64,000 bases of DNA from positions 1 to 64,000 of the IMG/VR virus record IMGVR_UViG_3300017650_000001; one strand, written 5' to 3'. The translations under genes were made by a program, and so were the position numbers. The notes below the pieces were generated by a model. The model was not told where the DNA came from and ran no database searches. It was given only the letters and a program-made list of their open reading frames with translations. Positions 48,768-57,786 of this stretch are shown piece by piece. Within the stretch, counting starts at the first letter, position 1, and the number at the start of each line of letters is the position of its first letter. The DNA is from a virus.

Positions 48768-49844
48768 TTAGTGCGCCGCTGATACAAGATACAAACTGCT
48801 TCCCTTTGCCATAATCAGACAATTTTCAGTAAGCAAGAAGTCGGTGAAGTATCCATACCCATTCTTGAATAACCTCGGGTCGATAGCAAGACTCACATCT
48901 GGGTGGTTCTCTCCCACCTGCATCTGATCACGCACCTCGCCCTTTTCAGACTGTGAGAAGAACTTAGCGATGCCTTCACTCAAAGAAATTTCAGTCCGCG
49001 GCCGATCTGCTTTCGATTCTGTGATGATGATTGCACGATCTAGAATCAGTTCAAGCTTGCTGGGAACAGGGACCAATCCCTTCTGTGCAGCTTTCGGGAA
49101 CTGCGAAGCAATAACACCATCGAAATCCAGAGGTCGCGGAATATCAACAAGACGCCCAAACAACTTGTTGTCACCACACTGGAAAAGAGAATAGCCTTCA
49201 GGATTGATTTCAAAATGCTTCGTCCCCGACCCCTTAGCTAAAGAAAGCATCTCGCGACAGAAAGCTCCCGAAATAACAACGCGGAAGTCATCCATTTCTT
49301 TCTTGGTAGAAACACGCGCATACGAAATAGTAGCATCATTGGTCGCGTAAAGATCGATTCCCTTATTCTTGTAGGAGAGCGTGATGCCAAGAGAGTCTGG
49401 CATCGAAGTATCCTCTTTCAAAGAACGCGTGCACGAATCCAAAGCTTCCAAGAAGGCTGCCATATCAATCGGCAAAGCAGATTCAGCATCTGCTTCTGGC
49501 ATCTCAAAGATGTTTGTATCTTCGACATTCAAGTAAGGAAGCTTGAGGCGTGACGACGCCGCTTTAACTAGCAACTGACCCGCAGGCAAAGCTTTTCCAT
49601 CAGGGCCTTTCCCTGTCATGAACTCAACTTCTTTCGCTTTGGAAACCGAAAGCAAAGAAATCAATGTATCAGGGATGGCGCCTTCAAAATCAGCTGCAAG
49701 TTTTGTGCTGATTGCAATCTGGTCATTGTACGCAAGAAGCGTGTCATCACGGAACCAGAAATGGCTTAGAATGGGTACGAGGTTGTTATTGCTCAACGCA
49801 GGAGCAACACGCTCAAGCTTATCCAGTAGTTCTTTTCTAATCAT
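48768..49844 (-). CDS. DNA sliding clamp, beta/DnaN-like
   Basis: 358 aa; RKELL..L..V....S....PILS N-terminus, LLAYND and LYATND repeats, FGRL; adjacent to the polymerase. Confidence 0.75.
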   Translation of the reverse strand: MIRKELLDKLERVAPALSNNNLVPILSHFWFRDDTLLAYNDQIAISTKLAADFEGAIPDTLISLLSVSKAKEVEFMTGKGPDGKALPAGQLLVKAASSRLKLPYLNVEDTNIFEMPEADAESALPIDMAAFLEALDSCTRSLKEDTSMPDSLGITLSYKNKGIDLYATNDATISYARVSTKKEMDDFRVVISGAFCREMLSLAKGSGTKHFEINPEGYSLFQCGDNKLFGRLVDIPRPLDFDGVIASQFPKAAQKGLVPVPSKLELILDRAIIITESKADRPRTEISLSEGIAKFFSQSEKGEVRDQMQVGENHPDVSLAIDPRLFKNGYGYFTDFLLTENCLIMAKGSSLYLVSAAH

Positions 49845-50956
49845 GCCTCAAACTCATCCACTCTTGCGATTCTTTGTAGCGTAGCTTGAACTCGTTTGAC
49901 ACGATAAGCCTCGCTGCTCAATACTTTCAGGGTTGTTTTCCGCGGACGCGAAGTAGTCTGCTCAGGAAGACCTGTAGCCAGGTATCTTCCCAAGAAATCA
50001 TCAGGCAGGTCCTTCAAAAAAGCATACGACAGCAATCGATTTCGAATACCTTGCTCATTCAAGAAGATATTGTGGTGCTTGGTATGGAGTACCGTCGCAA
50101 AGTACATTCGAAGCGGTTCGGGCTGATACCCTTTCTTCTTTGAAGTCTCTTGCTCAAACATGCTACGAATACGATTTTTGAACAAACGACCGTCACATGT
50201 CGCAGCCATTCCCAAATGATATCTGATATTGAACTTCCAACGCCCGATAAACGTGTTGCGAAGCTCGCTCATTGGGACTCCAGCGTCCTCAGCAGCTTTG
50301 CGTACGAAATCTTGTTGCGCCTCTGATAGCCCATCAAAACCGTTTGATTGGTCCATCTTACGAGCAGAGATTCGCATAGTCTGAGGTGGCTTGGTAAAGT
50401 CGGGGATCCCGTTCACATATCGCGGGACCAGAATCGATCCATAGCCTCCTCCCACAGACCAGCTCGTGCTGTCAACTGAGTACCATGGATATCGACGGCA
50501 CAGTGCTGAAGCAGTAACTCCAAATCCGTGGGTCTTGATGAATGGTTTTCCTTCACGGTCTGTGATCCTTGTGAAGCATTTGTCCATCCACTCGATGATT
50601 TCGTTTTGATGGGCACGCATATAAGGCGAAATTCCGACATAGGTTTCTCCATCCGCAACCATCTTGTCCAACCACTCAAAGCGCTCACCTTGGTGAAAGA
50701 CCGGGATTGGGTGCAAGCCTTCAGACTTCATCGATTGAAGATTGTCATAAGATTTCGCAGCGGAATTCTCAATCGAGGCTTGCGTGTGGTCCATCTTCCC
50801 GTTCTCGCCGGGAATACAATCGAGGTTGACGTAAGCATCAACCTCGTCTTGATGATTCTTGCAATAGGTGATATAATCTTTCAGCGGAATTTCGCCACCA
50901 CGACGCCATGCGCTGAACGCACCAGAATCAAGCAGAACTCCACAGATAGTAGTCAT
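49841..50956 (-). CDS. TGT-fold transglycosylase, DpdA-like (7-deazaguanine insertion into DNA)
   Basis: LLDSGAFS, NLD.I, PVFH, HGFG, YSVDSTSW; coupled to folE. Confidence 0.75.
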   Translation of the reverse strand: MTTICGVLLDSGAFSAWRRGGEIPLKDYITYCKNHQDEVDAYVNLDCIPGENGKMDHTQASIENSAAKSYDNLQSMKSEGLHPIPVFHQGERFEWLDKMVADGETYVGISPYMRAHQNEIIEWMDKCFTRITDREGKPFIKTHGFGVTASALCRRYPWYSVDSTSWSVGGGYGSILVPRYVNGIPDFTKPPQTMRISARKMDQSNGFDGLSEAQQDFVRKAAEDAGVPMSELRNTFIGRWKFNIRYHLGMAATCDGRLFKNRIRSMFEQETSKKKGYQPEPLRMYFATVLHTKHHNIFLNEQGIRNRLLSYAFLKDLPDDFLGRYLATGLPEQTTSRPRKTTLKVLSSEAYRVKRVQATLQRIARVDEFEA

Positions 50957-51561
50957 CAGATTTTTACAAGACCATGTGACGCTGTTGTTACCATTTGCAT
51001 GAACTCAGCACGACAATCAGGTTCATCTTTGATGCATCCACGCAGCGCTGAACTCATAGTCACAGTACCAACTCGCTGGATACCTCGAGACTCCATACAC
51101 AAATGGCGAAGCTGCATAACAACACCAACTCCCTTGGGGTGTAGGTTGTCCATGAGTGCATCAGCAATTTGTTGAGTCATACGCTCCTGCACTTGTAAAC
51201 GGCGCGCAAAGATATCTGCAAGACGTGAAAGTTTCGAAAGCCCAACAACTCGACCATTCGGGACATAAGCGATATGAGCAATTCCAAACATACCCGCTAA
51301 GTGATGTTCGCAATGGCTATAGATTGGGATGTTTGCTTGGAACAGGAGTTCGTCGTATTTCTCGCCGCCGTCATCAAATGTTTTGAGAACGTCTTTGGGA
51401 TCCTGCTCATAACCTGAGCACCAGAACTTCCAAGCTTTCGTAGCGCGGTCAGGAGTTTCTTTCAAACCTCCACGATCGGGATCTTCCCCAAACCGTTTTA
51501 AAAGCTGCGTAAACAGCTCTGCCTCTGAAAGAACTTCTTTTTCTGACAACAATTTATTCAT
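50956..51561 (-). CDS. folE: GTP cyclohydrolase I
   Basis: GL.ETP.R, SHCEHH, GLSKL.R, RRLQVQERMT, HLCM..RG. Confidence 0.95.
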   Translation of the reverse strand: MNKLLSEKEVLSEAELFTQLLKRFGEDPDRGGLKETPDRATKAWKFWCSGYEQDPKDVLKTFDDGGEKYDELLFQANIPIYSHCEHHLAGMFGIAHIAYVPNGRVVGLSKLSRLADIFARRLQVQERMTQQIADALMDNLHPKGVGVVMQLRHLCMESRGIQRVGTVTMSSALRGCIKDEPDCRAEFMQMVTTASHGLVKI

Positions 51562-51581
51562 TCTATCCTTCCAACAGAAGT

Positions 51582-51665
51582 GTGGACGCGAGCCTACGCA
51601 TCACTGAAAGCTCGCGTCCACTAGCAACGCAAAGAGGGGGCTGGGGGACTGGCCTCTGCGTGCTA
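51582..51665 (-). ncRNA. Two-hairpin leader of folE
   Basis: 12-bp stem 51582-51593/51610-51621 plus adjoining bulged hairpin 51622-51665. Confidence 0.5.
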
Positions 51666-51668
51666 TCA

Positions 51669-52337
51669 CTACATACGCGCAAAGCTCCATAGCTTTGTTG
51701 AAAATGACAAATCACGAGTTCGTGATTGGGGACGACTCGCCCAATCAAGAATATCGTCTACTCGATGCTTCAAACCAAAGTGCTCGCACCATTCTTTCAA
51801 ACGTTTGAGTTTTCGAATTGTATCTTGTACAGATTCTTCTGATATAGGCGTGATCTCGCAAAGTGCTCCACGCTCACCATCTACACGGAGCATAGCCCAA
51901 CCGCGACCAAACAACTTTGTCGTGAGTCTATTTGCTCTGTCCGGGTTATCAAATTTGATAGATCGAATCAACTCAAAATCACAAGAGAAAGGCTGCTTTC
52001 CATGTACACCGCAACGACCATTTGACATATTCAGATTTCTACAATGGTGATTGTTGTGGTCTAGTTGCATATCTGAATAGAGTTCGATTGATCGACCATC
52101 AAATTCAACTACTCGTTTCGACATAGTATACGGCATAAGTTCTGAAGGCAAGTAGTCAAGCGAAAATCGTGGGCAACACCCCCCACATTTTGCAGGACAT
52201 GTAAATCCTCGAAAAATGGTAGATCGAACTGTTAGGGATCGTCGCGCGTATTGCTTCTTCTTGTAAACAAAAGGCTCGTCAGCTACCACCGAAAAGTAAC
52301 TGTCTACAATTTTGTCTACAGAATCAACGAGAGGCAT
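51669..52337 (-). CDS. YkgJ/FliB-like cysteine-cluster (Fe-S/Zn) protein
   Basis: CPAKCGGCC...C..L....CGVH..QPFSC. Confidence 0.7.
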   Translation of the reverse strand: MPLVDSVDKIVDSYFSVVADEPFVYKKKQYARRSLTVRSTIFRGFTCPAKCGGCCPRFSLDYLPSELMPYTMSKRVVEFDGRSIELYSDMQLDHNNHHCRNLNMSNGRCGVHGKQPFSCDFELIRSIKFDNPDRANRLTTKLFGRGWAMLRVDGERGALCEITPISEESVQDTIRKLKRLKEWCEHFGLKHRVDDILDWASRPQSRTRDLSFSTKLWSFARM

Positions 52338-53601
52338 AGGCGGTCAATTCAGGAACAGATATCGAACAAATATGCTGATTCTTGCCAAACATCCTCACCG
52401 CGCACAACATAAGACGGTAGGGCTTTCCCAAGTTCAAAATGTTGTTGTAGCGCTGCAACGCTTCTTGTGCTGTGAATCGAGCAGAGTCAATCCAACCATA
52501 TTCTTGTTGAAAGACTCGAATCAAGAAGAAATCAGGAGCGTTCAAGATTTCTTTATCCGAATCGCTCCTGAAGTCGGCCGCCGGCTTTGCCATCGTAGTC
52601 TCCCATTGACTTATTGTTTATAGACGGCAAAGTATACAATTGCAAGCATTATTTGTCAGATAGATGGAAGGTTCCCAAATCGAGTTCGTTCAAAACCCGC
52701 AAGGTATCACGCGTATCAGACCGGATAGTTGCAATGGTAACATCAGAAACTTTCAAGTTCTTAGACTTGAGCTTTTCTGAAAGATCTTGAACTGAAATCG
52801 AAGGCTTCTTGACCACCATCGTCTTGATGACATGACAAGCACTCGTGCGCTTTGTCACGCGAGTAGGACGCTCAGTCTTGGGAGGAGGGGCTTCTTCAGG
52901 CTCTTCCTCAGGGACGTCAACGTCCAAATCAGGGAAGTCAGCGATCGAAGAACCAGTCTTTACAGACTCCGCAGCATCGTTGTTCCAGTCCTGAGCTTCG
53001 CCAGAAAGTTCTGCCCAACTATCATCGTCTAGCTTAGACACAGCCTTCATCAAACGCTTCAAGTGACTCTGACGCGCTTCGTCCTTTTTCAACTTGAAAT
53101 TGGTCGCTGTAACCAATTCCTGCTCGATAACAGATGTTGTCATTGTAAACTCCTACAAACTCAGAACTGAGCGATCGTCACAACGACCATCTTCAAATCG
53201 CGAATCTTCGCGGGTTCGAGGTACTCAGTCCTATCCTTCACACGCTTGTCAATGATCTTGACACGCTTTTCATTGTGGGTCTTGAGCAATTCTTGAATAC
53301 TGATATCAAAGAATAGTTCTTGATCAGTTAGATCGGTGAGCAATTCGTCACCCTTGTAAATTACAGAATCACTCAGCGGGATATTCTCGTTAGGGTCAAC
53401 AACAAGAACTCGAACTAAACGACGAGTAGGAAGAGCAACCATAGTAACATTCCTTACTTTAGGCAAACTTGATGCTTGATTTGCTGCTGTTGTCGCTTGC
53501 AACACCTGGGCTGTAAACTCATTCGGGTTATACACCGTATGCGTATGCGCGGACGACGCAAATGTTGGGTAGTCTAGAGGATCTAGCGGACCATTGAGCA
53601 T
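52324..53601 (-). other. Three hypothetical CDS (52324-52593, 52649-53143, 53161-53601)
   Basis: SD-preceded ORFs; 52649-53143 ends in an HTH-like segment. Confidence 0.6.
52617..52648 (-). promoter_or_regulatory. Early promoter copy 6 (TTGCAA-N17-TATAAA)
   Basis: Minus strand TGCTTGCAATTGTATACTTTGCCGTCTATAAA. Confidence 0.8.
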
Positions 53602-53606
53602 TATGC

Positions 53607-54416
53607 TTACACCTCTGCTGAATCTTGATAGATAGTTGGATCATCAATACCAGCTTCAAGAAAAGCTTCACGTCGTGAACGACATGTAGGGCAAACGCCG
53701 CAATGGAATTCGTCTCCTTTGTAACAAGACCACGTATCCTCAAACCGGACACCTAGTTCATCACCAAGAGAAACAACTCCTGTTTTATTGAGCCATTCAA
53801 GAGGCGTGTGCAAACGGATTTGCATATACGACCCAATGTAGATCGCGTTTGCCATCGCTCCGATAAATTCGGGAGTGCAATCAGGATAAGCCCAATTGTG
53901 AGCATCTTCGGAATGAGCCCCGAAGTAAATCCCTGCTGACACACTGCGGTCATCGGGGTGGTATTTGCCCGGGATTTCAACCTCTTTATTCTTCTCATTC
54001 ACCCACTTCTGGGCATGAGCAGTCAATGCTGAAAGCATAAGGCCATTGCGGAATGGGACATAGGTAGGAGAGACACCTTTGATTTGATCGTAACTGATGT
54101 CAGGCACGTCAACCTTGCCCCGGGAGTCATCTGTGAGCATGACAGCATCGCCGCGAAGAAGAGCGCCAACATCTAAGATAGTGTGCTTGATACGCAGACG
54201 CTCACAAGTCTTCGCAGCGTAATCCATTTCCTTCTTATGTCGCTGTCCGTAGTAAACACTAACAGCCTCGACCCAAAAGACAGGATCTTGCGCGTTGTTT
54301 CTGACAATGCTGCTCAAAGATTGAGTTGTATACTCAGGCGCATAGTCAAAGATTGCCTTGTGCAGGCAAGTTGTTGAATCAAGTCCTCCGGACAAGAGCA
54401 CAAAAGCTTTACGCAT
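53607..54416 (-). CDS. queC: 7-cyano-7-deazaguanine synthase
   Basis: LLSGGLDSTT, YGQRH..E, TYVPFRN, YPDC, TWSCY..HCGVCPTC. Confidence 0.95.
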   Translation of the reverse strand: MRKAFVLLSGGLDSTTCLHKAIFDYAPEYTTQSLSSIVRNNAQDPVFWVEAVSVYYGQRHKKEMDYAAKTCERLRIKHTILDVGALLRGDAVMLTDDSRGKVDVPDISYDQIKGVSPTYVPFRNGLMLSALTAHAQKWVNEKNKEVEIPGKYHPDDRSVSAGIYFGAHSEDAHNWAYPDCTPEFIGAMANAIYIGSYMQIRLHTPLEWLNKTGVVSLGDELGVRFEDTWSCYKGDEFHCGVCPTCRSRREAFLEAGIDDPTIYQDSAEV

Positions 54417-54434
54417 CTAGTCTCCCAAAAATAC

Positions 54435-54541
54435 TCGAGGGTTGATAGCCTTGAACCTGTTATGCCTCGAACGCTACCCGAGGCAGGCTATCTCTCTTTT
54501 CTGACGCCCTCGATCGCCAGTAAGGACAAACCGGGTAGCGT
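54435..54541 (-). ncRNA. Pseudoknotted multi-helix leader of queC
   Basis: Three nested perfect helices plus a 5' strand complementary to the terminal loop. Confidence 0.65.
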
Positions 54542-54545
54542 AGCT

Positions 54546-55073
54546 CTAAGCACTTCGCAGATACATACGCACCTCTTTGATGACATCAACATCTTTAGAG
54601 TTCAAACCCAAAAGCTTGCAGATGCGGTCATTCAAAGTTTCACGGCGTCCGTTTGCATAGCGTTCCAGCGGCTTTGAAACTTCTTCGCTACGCTGATCGC
54701 TGACCAACAAAGCAATTGTATCTTTAATGATCTTTGGAGCTTTGATCATCAAAACCTGAAAATCAGAATAGTCCGGGATGACCGCAGCATCACCTTCATA
54801 GACTTCAACAATATCACTGCGAGCATCATCCTGCTGTTTTGTTTTCTTGCGGGACAAGTCTGTGATGATGCAAGAGTAACAAAGCTTGAAGAGGCTCATA
54901 ATATGAGCTGGTTCAACAGCAGTGGGGTAGCGCCAACGAACTTCGTAGTAGGCAGCATAGCCCTCTTGTATCAGATCATCGTAGTCCATCCACGCAGCAA
55001 CACGCCAGTAGTTTTTTCGAGCGTAAGAGTGCATCCACGCCACCGCACCAGCGTCGGGAAGAACATCTGCCAT
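54546..55073 (-). CDS. Phage sigma-70-like factor (region 2 clear, region 4 degenerate)
   Basis: DYDDLIQEGYAAYYE...F......IITDLSRK; C-terminal ICKLLGL; start placed at ATG 55073. Confidence 0.6.
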   Translation of the reverse strand: MADVLPDAGAVAWMHSYARKNYWRVAAWMDYDDLIQEGYAAYYEVRWRYPTAVEPAHIMSLFKLCYSCIITDLSRKKTKQQDDARSDIVEVYEGDAAVIPDYSDFQVLMIKAPKIIKDTIALLVSDQRSEEVSKPLERYANGRRETLNDRICKLLGLNSKDVDVIKEVRMYLRSA

Positions 55074-55080
55074 TGTTGTG

Positions 55081-55192
55081 ATGCCTTTTGGTAACTTACG
55101 GAAAATTCCGGGGTCTGGACGGCCCCCGGCGCCGCCGTAAGAGGCATAGGTCCTAAGGGGTGAAGGAACTATGCAGCCCACCAGACTTGGGC
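55081..55192 (-). ncRNA. Three-hairpin leader with kissing loops, upstream of the sigma-like gene
   Basis: Hairpins 55176-55192, 55144-55174, 55096-55140; loop UCUGG complementary to loop CCAGA. Confidence 0.6.
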
Positions 55193-55201
55193 GAGATACA
55201 A

Positions 55202-55230
55202 ACTATAGCGCTACGGGAACGCCTACGCAA
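55202..55230 (-). promoter_or_regulatory. Promoter TTGCGT-N17-TATAGT
   Basis: Exact 17-bp spacing, directly before the structured leader. Confidence 0.7.
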
Positions 55231-55475
55231 TACTACTTTTGTCCGTCGTTGACACCTTTGATAAATCCGCCCACAGCTTTCCCCAAAGCTTGTGAAGCAT
55301 TCGGATCGGTAACTCCTTTGTACATACCGTAACCGACAATTCCCCATACGGATATGATTGCGAAGAAGATAACAACCCAAACAACCATGAACAGGCGAAA
55401 ACCAATGCTCATGGAACGTTGGTGGCGATCAAAGTCAAAGCCCATTGTGTCCTCCTACGGTTGCTAACAAAGAGC

Positions 55476-55507
55476 AACATAGATGGACGTCAATACAATT
55501 GCAAGCA
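55476..55507 (-). promoter_or_regulatory. Early promoter copy 7 (TTGCAA-N17-TATGTT)
   Basis: Minus strand TGCTTGCAATTGTATTGACGTCCATCTATGTT; precedes membrane ORF 55233-55445. Confidence 0.75.
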
Positions 55508-55951
55508 TTATCTATAGAATACAGCGCTATTGCCAGAATGTTCAGATACTTCAACCGACTTCAGGGTAACACGTGGAGCGTACCCAGCGTCTTGCAACCA
55601 TTGCTCAGCACACTCAAACACCATTTCCGCTACCTTCTCACAACCTGTAGCAGGAACAGTAATCAATTTGATGATGTTGCGTTTCTGAGCTTCTAAGAAC
55701 CAATCAAGGTGTGGATCGTCTTGAGCCACAAGCGTGACGTGGTCAAAGTTATCTTCAAGGATATTTTTCAAGGACTTGAGACTGCCAAAGTCAACAACCC
55801 AATTCCGAATATCGAGATCACGCGATTCAAATACAAACTTGAAAGCAAGGCTGTACCCATGCAGTTGTGCACAATGACTGTCAGCCCGCCACTGTCGGAA
55901 GCAGCAAGAAAGTCCAACATTGTGGTCATATTTCTTTGTTGACTGATACAT
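55508..55951 (-). CDS. queD: 6-carboxy-5,6,7,8-tetrahydropterin synthase
   Basis: HCAQLHGY, WVVDFG.LK, FDH, CEKVAE, VEVSE..NSA; start ATG 55951. Confidence 0.9.
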   Translation of the reverse strand: MYQSTKKYDHNVGLSCCFRQWRADSHCAQLHGYSLAFKFVFESRDLDIRNWVVDFGSLKSLKNILEDNFDHVTLVAQDDPHLDWFLEAQKRNIIKLITVPATGCEKVAEMVFECAEQWLQDAGYAPRVTLKSVEVSEHSGNSAVFYR

Positions 55952-56172
55952 ATCAGATTCCCTTATACACAGGCTTCTTTGAGCAACGCAGCGGTATTGG
56001 ATAGCACCAGTGCTGATCATGGTTCAAAGGCAAGCCTGTGAACTTCCCATTACGACCATCTGTGATCAAACTTGTAGGATCAAGTCCTCGATTTCGAGCA
56101 ATCTTTCCCCAGAAAAACAAAGCTTCGCCTTGTACAGGTCGAAGCTTCCAGAATTGACGCTGTTCAAAAGGT

Positions 56173-57189
56173 TCAAGTTGGTAGGTCTGTCGCATACAAC
56201 ACCTTTAGGAGTTCTCTTGTTGTCGTAATTTCGCCCGGGTCTTTAAATTGTTTAGGTAGCTTCTTTGCATCAACACCCAAAGTGACCAAGTCAGATCGAA
56301 TTCTAGCTGCTTTAGAAAAAGTATTCTGGTCCAGCAAAAGATATCGATTTTCAAACTTGGGCAAAATAGCATGAAGCAGGTTTAGTTGTTCATTTGATAA
56401 CATACTTGTGAAAAAGCAAGTAGCTACAATTCCATGAACTTCACCCAAAAGATTTACGCGCCACGCATCGAAAGGACCTTCGCACAAAACAATGGTGTGA
56501 GCTGGCGTATAAAGCAGCCTGTCATGGAATAGGAGGTAATGGCTAATGGGATTGGGCGCTGGAATTTCACCGCGCTCAGAAGCCTTCTCTAGATCGTGTG
56601 TCAGTGTTTTGTATCGGACCATCTGGTCTTTGTAAATCGTCCGACCAGTCCAGCCTACAATTTCACCGTACTCTCTGACGACAAAAATAATGCGACCCTT
56701 GTATAACCCACGTGAGGCGTAGTAAACGTCATAACCCTTTGATCGCGATATATCGCGATCAAGAAAGCCTCGATCATGCAAATAAGCAATGTAAGGACGT
56801 GCTGAAGGCAATCCCGAAAATTGCTTGAATTCAGAAGGCAGACGTAATTCAGGACGCTTCTCTTCAACTTCTTCTGTTTTGAAGAACTTTGACTTCAATT
56901 TATTCAAAAAGTCATCCGGGACCGAACGTTCATTACCAGCTAACCGGGAAGCTTGTTCCCACGAACATCCTAAGAGGGCTTGGATAAGTTTGGCCGGGTT
57001 CTTGCCCGAATGCTGTCTCGGATTTCTCCAACAGCGAAACCCTTTGCCGTTCAGGTTGACCGACAAATGCTGAGAGTGGTCGTCCACTCCGCACCATGGA
57101 CACTGTAAAGATATTTGTCCGCGCGACGTGTTTGGACCTGACGTCACATAGTGGATATGATGACGATCAAGGAACTCTACCCAGTCCAT
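56173..57189 (-). CDS. DNA primase (zinc finger + TOPRIM)
   Basis: CPWC..H..C; GRIIF, GR, RY; LCEGPFDA; LLD; KDPGE. Confidence 0.85.
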   Translation of the reverse strand: MDWVEFLDRHHIHYVTSGPNTSRGQISLQCPWCGVDDHSQHLSVNLNGKGFRCWRNPRQHSGKNPAKLIQALLGCSWEQASRLAGNERSVPDDFLNKLKSKFFKTEEVEEKRPELRLPSEFKQFSGLPSARPYIAYLHDRGFLDRDISRSKGYDVYYASRGLYKGRIIFVVREYGEIVGWTGRTIYKDQMVRYKTLTHDLEKASERGEIPAPNPISHYLLFHDRLLYTPAHTIVLCEGPFDAWRVNLLGEVHGIVATCFFTSMLSNEQLNLLHAILPKFENRYLLLDQNTFSKAARIRSDLVTLGVDAKKLPKQFKDPGEITTTRELLKVLYATDLPT

Positions 57190-57786
57190 TTAATCGAATA
57201 CACGCTGGAACATCACACCATTCCAAACACCCGGGATACCTTGGAAAGAGACCCAATGATCCCACGGCTCAACTGCACAACCAGTCACTGTATAAATTTT
57301 GTTCATATCGAATACTTTTGCTGCGGCTTCACGCTGAGAGTCGTAACCGTTCGCATTCAAGAATTTCATTCGATCGCCTCGTATCGGAAAATCTTGAAAA
57401 CGAGAAGGCTCACCTTCTTTAACCAGAGTGTAGCGACTGTTTTTGGTTTCAATCTCGCCTGTTGCATCATCGTGATGCAACACCAAACTGGTATGACCCT
57501 CGCCTCGGTGGTATGGGTGGTCTAAAAACACACCACGGATAACATCACCGTCTCGGTACCAATCTTTGATGCGACCATAATGCGGCTTTTCGCTCTTGGT
57601 CATGCTTTTTCTCCAGTTTCAACAGACTTAGTTCTGTTTCAGCATCTTTGTTGCTGTAACCACAAAAGGTCAGGGACAACACATATGTAGCATCGCCAAT
57701 CAGGCCACGTTTCCATTCAGCATCTCGGAGGAGCTTTCGCTCCTCCAAGTCTTGCTTTGCTTCAGGATCTGAAAAGTGAGGTTGCA

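Noticed and set aside
54440-54460. AGGUUC in the queC leader as a canonical preQ1-I riboswitch
   Set aside because: No short P1 hairpin with an A-rich 3' tail; overall architecture differs
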